Shown in pieces: positions 13,025 to 25,095 of a DNA stretch of 64,000 bases. Source of the DNA: Takakia lepidozioides (lineage: Eukaryota; Plantae; Bryophyta); the NCBI GenBank assembly GCA_030704615.1, contig CM060732.1:29884001-29948000 (forward strand). The letters are read 5' to 3'. Position 1 is the stretch's first letter, and every line of letters starts with the position of its first letter. The translations under genes were made by a program, and so were the position numbers. Below the pieces are notes generated by a model. That model ran no database searches and was not told where the DNA came from. It saw nothing but the letters and a program-made list of their open reading frames with translations.

Positions 13025-16000
13025 TCACCAGTAATCCCCACAAGAACAAACCCCATCTTGGAAGTGGTGAAAGCGCTTGGCATCCCGTACAACAATTGCT
13101 CGCCCAACAATCTTTGAGATGAACTTGGTAGCGGTGTGGCAGTCACCACACACCCTAAGGTTCTTGATGACACGGATAGGGCTATCAGGGGGTGTGCTGA
13201 TGAGCCCGAATGCAATTGCTAGCTTCTCACTGTGGTGGCCAAGAGAAATTTCCTTTTGCTCCTCTTCCACGTCATGCAATACAAAGCGAGTGTCAGGTTT
13301 GTATCCAGCCTTCTTCATCCCCTCAGACAATCTCTTCAGCTCAGCATGGATTTTCTCAATTTAAGGGTGCAATTTGTCTTCTATAACAAATGTATGCACC
13401 TGGTTGTCCACCTCAATGCAGCTATATCCAGCAGGCTTCTTTCTGACACCTGTGTCCTCCAGCATTTTCCTCACCTTTGCCTTATCATCCCACCTGCCAG
13501 CTGCAGCATAGATGGTTGATAGCAGCACATAAGTTGCGGCATGCTGCGGATCCAACTTGAGAAGACATTTTGCTGCACGTTCTGCTACCTCCAAATCACC
13601 ATGCATTCTGCAGCCACTGAGTAAGGTTCCCCACACCGAAGCATCTGGTTTGATTGGCATTTTGTTAATAAACTCCTCTGCCTCATCCAATCGCCCTGCA
13701 CGGCCAAGGAGATCCACCATGCAGCCAAAATGCTCCATTGCGAGAGTGATGCCATGGTCCTGGCTCACGGTATAAAAGTAGTGGCGGCCCTCATCCACTA
13801 GGCCCCCATGGCTACATGCAGAGAGGAGAGATATTAAGGTTATTTTGTTGGGCTTCAAGCCTTCCTTTTGCATTTGGTCAAATAGTTCCAGGGCCTCCCT
13901 ACCACCTCCATGCTGGGCATATCCTGTGATCATCGCACTCCAAGAGACCACATTTCGTTCAGCCATGTTGTCAAACACTTGACGAGCATCTTTTATGCTC
14001 CCACATTTGGCATACATGTCAACAAAAGTATTCTCTAAGTGAATATCTGACATATTTCCAGCTTTGATGATGTCAGCATGGACCTCTTTGCCCTTTTCCA
14101 AGGCCCCTAGGCTTCCACACGCATCAAGAACGCAAATGAAGGTCACCTGGTCGGGCATCACCCCTTCCTGTTGCATTTGCTCATAGATCTTCAAAGCTTC
14201 CTTTCCACAGCCATGCTGAGTGTAGCCTGTAATCATTGCACTCCATGAGACGACATCCCGTCTAGCCATATTGTTAAACACTTGTTGTGCATCCTTAATG
14301 CTCCCGCATTTAACATACATATCAACAAGGGCATTATCCAAGTTAACGTATGACACAAGTCCAGCTCTGATGATGTCAGCATGTACCCCTCTGCCCATTT
14401 CCAGGGCTACCAGGCTTGCACATGCTTTGAGAACACAAATGAATGTGACCCTGTCTGGTATCATCCCTTCCCGTTGCATTTGCTCATAGATCTTGAAAGC
14501 CCTACCACTGTCATGCTGTGCATATCCTGTGATCAGGGCGTTCCATGAGACCACATTTCGTTGAGCCATACTGTCAAACACTTGATGTGCATCCTTCATG
14601 CTCCCACATTTGGCATACATGTCAACAAGGGTGTTCTCCAAATTAATATGTGATGGAATACCAGCTTTCCTTATGTCATCATGAACCTCTTTACCCTTTC
14701 CCAGGGCTCCTAGGCGGGCACAGGCATTCAGAGCGCCAATGAACGTCACCCTATTGGGTGTCACCCTTTGCAGTTGCATTTGCTTATAGATCTCAAAAGC
14801 CTCCATACCACACCCACGCTGAGCATATCCGATGATCATTGCACTCCATGAGATCACATTTCGTTTGAGATCCAAAGTTTGCACCATCCTCACCTGCTCC
14901 CGCATTTAACATCCATGTCAGAGAGGGCAGTTTCCATGATAATGTCTGGCACAATTCCAGCTTTGACAATGTCAGAATGGACCTCTTTGCCCCTTTCCAG
15001 AGCTCCTAGGCTGGCACAGGCATTTAGTACCGAAATGAATGTGACCCTGTTGGGTGTCACCCCTTCCTGTTGCATTTGCTCATAAAGCTTCAGAGCCTCC
15101 CTACCACACCTGTGCTTGGTATAACCTCCTATCATTATACTCCATGTAAAGACATCTCGTTCAGGGATTTTGTCAAATACTTTGCGTGCATCCACCAAAC
15201 TTGCACACTTGGCATACATATTGACAAGCGTGTTGAATAGAGAGATGTTTGGCTTGAATCCACTTTGGACAATGTGGGCATGCACCTGCTTTGCCTCTGC
15301 TAGGTCTTTCAAGTTGATGCACTCCTGCAAGAGACACACATACGTACTGGAGTCTGCCTGAAAATCTTTTTGGTTCAAAATGTGCAACGCCTCCTTCAGT
15401 CGTCCTGCCTTACATAATGTCCTCACATCCCTGCAAGTGTGAAAAGAGTTGTTGAATTCTTCTCTTGCCCCTCTTTCCAAAGCAATACTGGTGGAGGTAG
15501 AGATGCTGCCCCTGCCCCCAGTCTGACGTCCACCAAACTGTGCCTGACCTGTCCTCCTGCATCACTTAAAACTCTTGGTTACAGGGCTTTACACTAGAAC
15601 TCACATTATATCCCTGAAAGCTACTGGATACATCAAAGAATCATAACTTCATGAAGATTATCTTCTCCTACAGATTATAAGGGTAATAAGTAGGCTACTT
15701 TCATATATATAGAGGACCTTCCTATTTGTCTGTGTTGGAACCATGGAATGGTAATAAGACGATACCCATTGTAATCTTCACCTTTAGCTCCATGGTGTGC
15801 ATCGACATTAGAAACATCATCAGATCTTGCTCCACTTTGTATGGCAGCTAGCTCTGCTCGAACCCAAGGAGGGTTTGACAAATTCTCAACCCAAAGGACC
15901 TCCTTCATGCGCTTGTGTCGGAAGTCTGGTGATCTTGGATTTTTCTATGAAAACCACCAGTGGGAGCTGAGAAGCCATAGCTTCAACCACAGCATCACCA

Positions 16001-17067
16001 GTATATAACCACCAGAGGTCCAACAATCTTTCCAATAACATGAAATAACCTTGGACAGCTCGAAACAACCTACTTTCAAACCATGTTAACAAGGAGGGAA
16101 AACCAGCAAAAGTTTGAGAATCACTTCTGTTGCTTTTCATGACAAAGAGCAAACTCGTCAGTCTAAGCAACTCAAGATTAAATCCAGCATCATTATGCCA
16201 ACTTCATTGACAAGCCCTTCCTGACCAATTCTTTGATCTGCCAAATGAAGATAGACCCACCTTGTCGCACCTGTTGTCCCACCACTCTGAAGCATCTGAG
16301 AAGAACTCCTGCCAGAGCAGCTCTCGGCTCATTGCTGGGCCTGTGTGCAAACGCTACTAGGAACTAGATATTTAGCAGTTCGTAACCATCTGAGCTTGGT
16401 CGTAACTCAAACCGTGAGGGTAAAATACTCGGTGTTTCCTCGCCCGCACCCCCTCCCACCCTTCTCAAAAAATAAAGAGTATCCTACAGGGGTTGTTGCC
16501 GCAAGCAAACGGTGTGAATTCGGTATCCTTGGACACAGTATTCACCCAAAGCTCCAGAGATTTCAAAGGGAGCGTCTTGAAGGAGGACGAGGGTGTCGAT
16601 CACACTTCTGAATGACCACAAATTGGCCTTCTTGAACCAGAATGCAGGTGATGGGAGCCACATTAGCATCCAATCGATACACAAAATTTAAATAATCCAG
16701 AGAATAGGCAAAGACTTGCATGACCATACCTTTCTTCGGTCTCCCAGGAGACTGGGGAAGCATCGTAGCCACACCTTGGAGGGAGGGTCCCCAGCTCGAC
16801 GTACCAGAGCTGGTGGATGCCCATTTCAGCTCCACATCCTGACCCATTAATCTGCTGCATGATGCGAGGCCTCCACACGAAGACAGCACGCCCTCTCCTC
16901 GCCCGCCCAGGAGAGCGATAGAGCACGCTGCCACCGCTCTCCCTCCAGAGACCCTCCTTCCGAAGAGAAACCGATCGTGAAGGGTCCGTATTATCTCGCT
17001 CAATAAAAGCACCATTGGAAGCACTGTGTGAAAGGCGCTTTATCAACATGTCATTTGGGACCCGCAT
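13025..17067 (-). CDS. PDF(OSB-type)-PLS-PPR-E1-E2-DYW protein, putative organellar editing factor; exons 17067-16730, 16607-16546, 16340-16261, 15944-15766, 15556-13025; lesion near 14890 and in-frame TAA at 13361-13363
   Basis: All four introns are GT-AG with matching phases (2,1,0,2). Exons 3+4 give [51 protein letters not shown]. Exon 5 gives L-S-(P-L-S)x4-P2-L2-S2-E1-E2, PG-box-like [20 protein letters not shown] and terminal DYW. Confidence 0.85.
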
Positions 17068-17493
17068 AAAAACTTCCAGGTGTCATACGAGGTGATATAC
17101 GAGGTGGCGATTCATGAACGCCAACAATCCCTCCTTCCCATCTGTTTCGCGAGGCTCTGTGGGATTGTTTCCTTGTTCTCAGCAATCGTACAAGTGGATT
17201 GTTGCGGGTACTTTTCAAATGCAGGCATCCGCGCTCTCACTTGTTTTTATTGTGCACATGCTGGTGTGAAGGCTTGCACAGGGAACCCTAGGATTGAGGA
17301 GGGGAGAGACTAAACCCTTGGAGCGCCAGGGGGGAAGAGGAGGGAAGAAGAATTGCGGTTGGGGGTTTGTGTATTGTTAACGAAGTGGACGTAGCTTCAC
17401 TAGCTGTGGATTTTGATGTAACATTTTGATCGCACAGGAAAAGGGACCTCTCGGGTTTGGCTTGCATCATAAGGGCAGGAAAGATCAGTATCG

Positions 17494-19496
17494 ATGTCGG
17501 TGGCGGCGGGCGTCAGCGATGCCGCCATCACGGTCAGAGACAAGCTTAGAGGTAAGATAGGACAGACGAAAGTGAAGCGATATTGGCCTGGTAAAGCTCC
17601 GGAGTGGGCCGAAGAAGTTGAGGAAGAGCCAGACGTTAAGCCTTCCAAAACAGTTGCCTCGAATAGGTCGGCGGATCTAGAGAAGGTATTCTCTCTGAAG
17701 GATGAATCGGATTTTCCCCGCAAAGATGATGCTCGGCTTAAGCGGTTGGCGGAGAGTCGGAGAGACAGAGATGAGGCAGTTGCCAGGCATCGACAGATTC
17801 GGCAGGCTGAGATTGTGTCTACAAGAGAGGAGGAGAAGGCGGCCTTAGAGGCAGCTGAGTTAGAGGAAGATGAAGATGACGAGGCAATTGTTGAAAGACG
17901 GCAGCGCATTAAAGAGAAACGTCTTCAGAAACAGAGAGAGGAGGAAGCGGCTCTTGAGGAGGAGGAATTGGAAGAAGAAGACGAGGAAGATGAAGAATCA
18001 GAGTATGAGACAGATTCAGAGGAGGAGTATGGGGGCATTGCCATGATAAAGCCTGTGTTCGTGCCGAAAGCAGAGCGGGATACTATTGCTGAGCGTGAGA
18101 AGATCGAAGCGGAGGAGATAGCCTTCCAGGAAACCATGAAGAAGAAATTAGAAGAGAGGAAAGTTGAGACGAAACATCTGGTTGTAGAGGAGATCAGGAA
18201 GGAGGAGGAGATAGAGAAGAACAGGGACGCCGAGGGTGACGGAGGCGACATTGACACCGATGACGAAACAAATGAAGCAGAAGAGTATGAGGCCTGGAAA
18301 GCAAGGGAAATCGCACGCATTAAAAGGGATAGGGACGACCGAGATGCTATGGTGAAGGAGAGGGAAGAGGTAGAAAGGTTGCGGAACATGACAGAGGAGG
18401 AGAGGAGAGAGTGGGAAAGAAAGAACCCCAAACCTTTGCCATCAGCCAAGAAGAAGTGGAAATTTATGCAGAAATACTATCACAAGGGTGCCTTCTTCCA
18501 GACGGAGTCTGATGACAGGGATGGTGCCGGGGGAGATGATATATTCAGGAGAGATTTCTCTGCCCCCACAGGAGAGGACAAAATGGACAAGACAATATTA
18601 CCCAAGGTTATGCAGGTTAAACATTTTGGGCGCAGTGGTCGGACAAAGTGGACCCACCTTGTTGCTGAAGATACAACTGACTGGAATAACCCGTATGTAC
18701 CTCTCCCTCCCTCCCTCTCCTCTCCTCACTTACATCCTGCCGGCTCTAGCATAGTGTAAGTAGCATTGTCACAGATTTGGGGTAGAGTGGTGCTAGAATC
18801 AACATTGTGTTTTTGTCTCTATAGCAGCCTGTATTTCAACACTCAATCTCTAACCCAGTGGCTGCCTGTGGGGGTTTGGTCTTACTTCCATACCCTAGTG
18901 TGTGGGCAAGTGGCCCCAAGACGATATCTCATTGGGAGTATACCCTAACCAGTTCGTCATAGCCAACATTAGCTGGGAAGGGTCCATGAGATCTGTTCCA
19001 AATCTATGCTGAGGGAGAGGGCTACAGTAGGAGTGCTGGTTGACAAATTTAAGCTTTTTAGAATGATGTCAATGCGAGCTCTTGAATCAGCATTCAATTC
19101 CCTGAAACCAGATTTTCCTCAGTTATGCACATGTGTTGTGACCATGCCATTCCCTGGTGATCCATAAACTTATTCCCAAGTATTTTCTGCAATATTTACC
19201 CTTGTCAATCAAACATAATTTGATCATTCGGAAAACCATCAGAAGACACTAGTAGAAGCTGGAAGCTAGCTGATACAAGCACGCTTATGGGCCCGGGTAG
19301 GTGGCTCTTATGGTCCTTATATAAGTGGTTTGGCATGGATTTGGAAATAATGGTACTTTGATGGTCACTGTTCATGTGCAGATGGACATACAATGATCCC
19401 CTTCGGGCGAAATATAACAACAAGATGGCAGGCATGAATCGGCCCATAGCAAAGCCAGCAGGCAGCAAGAAGCTGAAGGATTGGGAAAATGTTTAG
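17494..19496 (+). CDS. MFAP1: Microfibrillar-associated protein 1 (spliceosomal B-complex factor); exons 17494-18692, 19382-19496
   Basis: KVKRYWPGKAPEW, EYEAWKAREIARIKRDR, KFMQKYYHKGAFFQ, RDFSAPTGEDKMDKTILPKVMQVKHFGRSGRTKWTHL. A GT-AG phase-2 intron joins to the conserved tail PWTYNDPLRAKYNNKMAG..KKLKDWENV*. Confidence 0.95.
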
Positions 19497-20419
19497 GCTT
19501 TTATGTGCATGCAGCTTTGCTGTTTTTCTGTGAATATATTTTGCAGGATGGACTGTAGGTGGCAACCCGGCCAAGTAAGGTCCTTGAGTTTGCACTGCAA
19601 CCTGACTCTTCAGCAGTGATGGAAGCAGCTCTTCTCCTTGAGATTGGGGTTCCCCTATAGAGACCATGGCACCTTGGGACATCGAAGTCCATGCTGTGTT
19701 TAGAGATTTGAGAAAGTTCTAGCAGTCAGTAGAAGAACAGGTGCACCTTGTAATGAACGACAGGAAGAAAGTGGATCTTCTTGTAACTGTTCGTGACAAC
19801 CGCAGTCTTTGATACCCACTGCATTTCTTCATCCATTAAAGATGCTAAGATTTAAATTAAGATTGAGACGATGTTGCCCATTACAAAAATCAAGATGCCC
19901 AAGTGAAACCTGGAGACTGCTCTGGAACCCAGAATTCAACATTCAAATCTAACGATAACATTCTGCCCAAACAAATGTTCCATTCTGAAAGAGCTCTTGT
20001 TGCTATGCATATTCTGGTGCTAGATTAACCATCCCCAAAAAGAACTCTGCAGATGCAATACAATGCAAAAGTACTCTCTCAAGTTCCAGGCCAAATAAGG
20101 CTTTGTGATGCATCCTAGGAGAGGTAACTATATCAATAACAGAGGCTCAGCTATGGTATCCAGCAGTGTTGTGCCTACCCACCCAAGCAGAGGAAAATGG
20201 GCTGTGCACAAAAACACAGTAACAGGAAACACAATACATAAGACAAACATAGGGTTCAAACCACCGTTGAGCGGGTATACAATTTACCCGGATATACCCC
20301 TAAAGTTACCCATTTATATCCGGACCTGCAGGTTTTGTTTACCCTTACCTGTCCTTATCAATGGTATACTTTATGTTTCCCCAGGACCCGGATGAAGGGT
20401 AAATCATCAGCATGTACCC

Positions 20420-21050
20420 GGACCTTAGGGTGGGTAATGTTTTTCTTGGCAGGGGTAAGAGGCTTGCTGACCTATTCTTGTGCCCATGGCTCCCTTCATT
20501 CGATTGCTCATTAAATGTATCTCAAGGACAGATCACAAATCCCAAAGCATTACATACCAACTCGTTTCTTAGACTACCTATCTCCCAGCTCCATTGGGAC
20601 CCAGCGGAATGGCCGTGGCTTATTGAGAAAAAACCAGCCCCCTTCTTCTCCTTCTCAGCTAAGTTGGATTACAAGTTCCTTTTGCCCCAATAGTACTCTC
20701 TGTCTTCTAAGCTCAATGCTAAATGGGCCCACTTCTCCATTCCTATGCAAGCATGGAGTATTATTTGGTCTGACGTTTGGCACCCTCACAGATCTCCAAA
20801 GCTTACTGTTTTTTTATGGCGGCTTTGTCACATAATTCTCCCTGTTGCTACTAACCTACAGGATCCCCCCTGGATTTATACACCATCTGCTCAGCTCAAT
20901 GTCCAGAATCGCTTGAGCACTGTTTGGTTTTTGCAGCTTCACCCAATCTATCTGGTCCAAAATTCGTTCTTTCCTCCTCCCCTAGCACTCTTTCGATTTT
21001 TCTAACCCTTCCATTCTTCTTCCATTCGTCTATTGTAATTTTTTTGGCGA
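20420..21050 (+). mobile_element. LINE (L1/Tx1-type) 3' ORF2 fragment, zf-RVT region
   Basis: WSIIWSDVWHPHRSPKLTVFLWRLCHIILPVATNL followed by degenerate C..ESLEHC..C..IW, matching the zf-RVT pattern; frameshifted. Confidence 0.75.
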
Positions 21051-21908
21051 TGGAGGGTTACCATAGATGATGTGGTGGTCATGCAGTATTCTATTAATAT
21101 ATATTATATGTACTGGGTGAGTGTGGGGGCTTGGTAAGACGTGAGCACATCGCACGGCTCACGTGAACACAAAAAAACGTAGGCGTGAGCACAAAAAACG
21201 GCAATAGGGTACACAAGTTTCCACGGAATTAGAATTCACGTTAATAGAGTTCTGAAATAGCGAAATTGTTTGTTGTGTGCCTATTTCTATGCCTATCTCT
21301 GTCCCAATTCTGTTCCTGATTATGTCCATAAACCCTAAACCCTATTGTGAAATAAACACCCCTAATGTATATGTACAAGCTCCAAGCTCCTGCAAGCTCT
21401 TAGAAATATAACCAGAGTGGAGCTCAACTACAAGGTAGTATAATTATAGCAGCGTAAGTGCAAAGACTCGATGTGTAATGCTTTGCGGGATATCCAAGCA
21501 CCCGGGCAACCAATGATGCAGGAGGCCATTGCAGGTCATCCTGAAGATAACATTGTCTGATTAACTTCTCAAAAGCATCGTCTTAGTATTGCATACTGAA
21601 CATAACAAGAGCAATGAAATGAATCTCAATATGAATAGAGTTGGAATGTGATTGCAAACAAACTGAAATAAATAGAGTTGCTCTAGAGGAATTCTCATAT
21701 AAAGCATACAGATTTCTAACATTTAAAGAATGAAACGGACAGTCCATCGACATGTACTCCATATCTCTCACACAAATATCAATTAAGGGGATGACAACCG
21801 ATATACAGTTAGGTCCAAATGATCCTCACTCCTTTATAAAATGATAAAACGATGATACAACAATATTTTGCCTATGAAATCATTTAAAAATCTATATCCA
21901 AGCAACAA

Positions 21909-22392
21909 CCCACAAACTGTTCGTTCGTGAAATGATCTCAAAAGAGAATACCAGGTAAAAATAGATTCAAAAGAAGAAAACAAATGTAGTTTGGTGTCCT
22001 CCAGCATTAGATGATATTGACAAAGTAGTTCTATACTATTCAATTTCGCTGTCGAAATGGATTCTCGGTCTTTTATAAATCAATATTTCGCCGACGAAAT
22101 TATTTCAATATTCGTGTTCACGCAAGGATCCACAAATTGTATCGTTTGTGAAATGGTCTCAAATGAGAATATCAAGACACAATATAATCAACAGAAGACG
22201 AAAAATATAATTTCATGTCCTCCAACATTAAATGATATTGAAGGAGTAGTTCTATATTATTCAATTTTGCCATCAAAATGGATTCTCAGTCCTTCATAAA
22301 TCAATATTTTAAGGACGAAATTAGTTCAATATATGTGTTCACGTGAGGACCCACAAACTGTTTCATTTGTGAAACGATCTCAAATGAATATA
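21909..22392. repeat. ~221-bp degenerate tandem repeat (~2.2 copies) within an AT-rich, probably transposon-derived block
   Basis: ccacaaa(c/t)tg..tgtgaaa..(g/a)tctcaaa recurs at ~21910, ~22130 and ~22351; aaatggattctc..ataaatcaatattt..gacgaaatta recurs at ~22055 and ~22276. Confidence 0.8.
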
Positions 22393-25095
22393 ACCTGAGG
22401 GTAAGGTTATCTAACAGGTTTGAGTAATTTGGTATACCCGCCAAAGTCAAACCCTCCCTACATTATTCGACTCCAAGAAAACCGAGGTTGGTTAGCATGT
22501 GAGCAGGCTTATGCGAGTATGAGTTTGCTCACGTGAACAAAAGAGCATATTCCAAAAATTCCACAAATATTCCTAAAATGATTCCGCATCGAAACGAATG
22601 TGCGAATTGTGCTTGCGTGAGCACAATATGCTCACACAATCAGACTTGTGCTCACATGAGTACAAGCCACTCGAAGTTCGCACATAAGTAATGTGCAATA
22701 GATGTCATCTCCATCAAGGATTTTCGTTGCTTAATAGTTTCGTATTTAATCAAGTGCAGGTGACGCTCAATGCAATCCGTAATACACGAAACTATAATTT
22801 TTTCATCATGTTTTGGCCACGAAAGCATGGGTACCAACATACCGCAATAAACATGAAACAATTCATCAGCGAAATAAAACAACCTTACGTGGTGCCATAA
22901 CTGCGAAACAAAAAAGAACTCCATCTATTTCGCCCACGAAAACATTTGATAATGACCAAAGCAACGGTTAGAGAAGCGATAAGGAACATGCGAGATGATT
23001 ATGTTTATTCTCAACTTAGCTGGATTCTCATTTCAAACAACATCTCTATCAAGTCACTACAAACTTACCACACATATGGTTTAAAACTTGATCAAAGAGC
23101 TCACAGCTTGGACAACATAAGTTCTGGAAATCCGCTCATGCTACGGTAACATACCTCATAGTGAGTATAGTGACTATGCACTATATCACTAACCTAAGAT
23201 GGTGGTATCTAGAAGTGTGCTTTTAAGCAGTGTGCACTGCTTGCCCTCATTAGAGTACGAATCTCCTTGTTCCTTTCGTCCATCACCGAAAGGACAAGCC
23301 AGACCATGTGAAATTTCATCTGACTGTTGTTTTTCATTCAAGAAATTTCTGAGCACATTCCCCTTGCAGTCTTTGCCACTTGTGCCAAAGAAGGACAACT
23401 GTGGCACATAGGGATGACACTTATTGTGCAATTGGGGTTTCTTAGAGAACATTGCATTCTTGATCTGAGATACCCATCTGCGGACCTGATTAGAATCATC
23501 GGAGCTGAGTTTTCAAACTGCAGCGGCCTGGTGGTTACATAGACGTTGTACTCTATTACACTAGCAAGCTGCAAATGGGCAAGCCTCTCTCAGCTCCGAC
23601 ACACGCAGAACCCAGCTGGGCCTGCGCAGGTACAACGGTATATTGGCTGGTCATTCTCTATTGTGTGATGCATGTTTCTGTTTTGGGTTGGCTTTTAGGT
23701 TGTGTATGATGGTTGCAAAAACTATTGATACCTGGGTTGATATACTCCTGGTACTGCAAAAAATTACCCCCAATTATTGATACCACGTACCCACCACTAC
23801 CAAAGCAAATACTTATACCAATATTGTATTTGAAAAACCATGTCTAGCCTTTCTATCTTGTTTGTTGGGACCCAGAAACCCTATGGGGCTTACTATATAT
23901 CTTTTTTTAATTCCTAACCATCATTTAATGGACAAGGCCATGCAGACTTGGGGGTTTATTGGAGTAGCAAGAAGCCATGCAAGCAAAACCCGGGAGATAT
24001 TGGTGGGACATGTTGTACCCTTTGGGTAGAGAAAAGGTCAAAAATTGGTCAACCTATGATGTGGAAGGCCTAAGTTGTGTATCACAATGAAAGGCAAAAA
24101 TAAATTAACCAGACCTGTCAAATATACCACTACCCCCTCATCCAGCCCTTCCATTTGGAAAGAAATCGCCAGATTGCACCACCCAACTTTGATGTGTGGA
24201 AAGTTTATAGAAAAAAAAGGATGATACAATTGAGTGTTTAGCCAGATCGCATCCACAAGATGTAAGGTAGATGCCAAGGCTGTGCCATGGCCATCATAAA
24301 ACCCTGCGGCGGTCAAGATTGTAGCCACTTGGCCGTCTATTGGAGCCACTCAATGTTTAGGGACAGGTGGTGGTCAGGTGGTCGCCAGCTTCTCTCACTT
24401 GATAATTTCGACCTGTCACCAGGTCTCACTCCCTTGTGTGGTCTTCAAATTTCCAATGTTGCCCCTTATTAGCTCCATGTACTTATCAGTCGGCCCAGTT
24501 ATTGCTTGTATCTTATGAGAGGTAGTGGGAGATATGTTCTTTTCAAGAACACCTCCATTGCTTCATCCATTGCTTCAGCCCTCCCTGGAAATGGAGACAA
24601 ATTAAAACAAGCCTCAAATGGCAATGGGCTATCTTGCTTTGGCAAAACATAAGAGAAACGGAAGACTGGGGAGATGACTCAACACAACACACCAATAGGT
24701 GGTGTAAGGTCTTTGACCATATTTTCTCTGTTGACTTGAACATGATGCATATATTATAGTCTCTCCAACAACAAACACCTGTTTCGAGTTGTTTGGCGGC
24801 AGAAGCAATCTCATTTCACTCCTGCTTGCCACACCTAATCACACTATAAGTCGCCTATTTTGCCCTATTGGAAAAACAACACAATAAATTCTTATGGGAA
24901 AAGAAACCCAGTTTTACAGGGACACCGTAGAGATTCTCCAGATTAAAAAAGTTTTTGTGGCCAGGGTCATGTTTTCCCACGAGAGGCTGAAAATGAATCT
25001 TGGCACCTAAGGGTTAATGATCTGGTTCGCCAGGTCACCCCATCAGCAGTACATTCAGACTGGTACTTTTCCAGCCAGGTTTTTTGAGTTGTAAC

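Noticed and set aside
13361-13363. U-to-C RNA editing repairing the TAA stop
   Set aside because: Reverse editing is known only in organelles; this is an intron-containing nuclear gene.
16563-17024. Alternative frame for PPR exon 1 that looks transit-peptide-like
   Set aside because: Gives a phase-1 donor and an immediate stop in exon 2; the paralogue at 60.6 kb has a stop in this frame.
17400-18449. Long Ser-rich minus-strand ORFs
   Set aside because: Antisense shadows of the Glu/Arg-rich MFAP1 exon.
19491-19580. Alternative last exon of MFAP1 after TTGCAG at ~19546
   Set aside because: The conserved C-terminus is already complete at 19496; at most a UTR intron, unsupported.
21329-21345. 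AAACCCTAAACCCTA telomere-like motif
   Set aside because: Only two units; a common interstitial telo-box, not a telomeric array.
23190-24850. Short ORFs resembling exon fragments
   Set aside because: Interrupted by stops, with no recognisable domain or consistent splicing.
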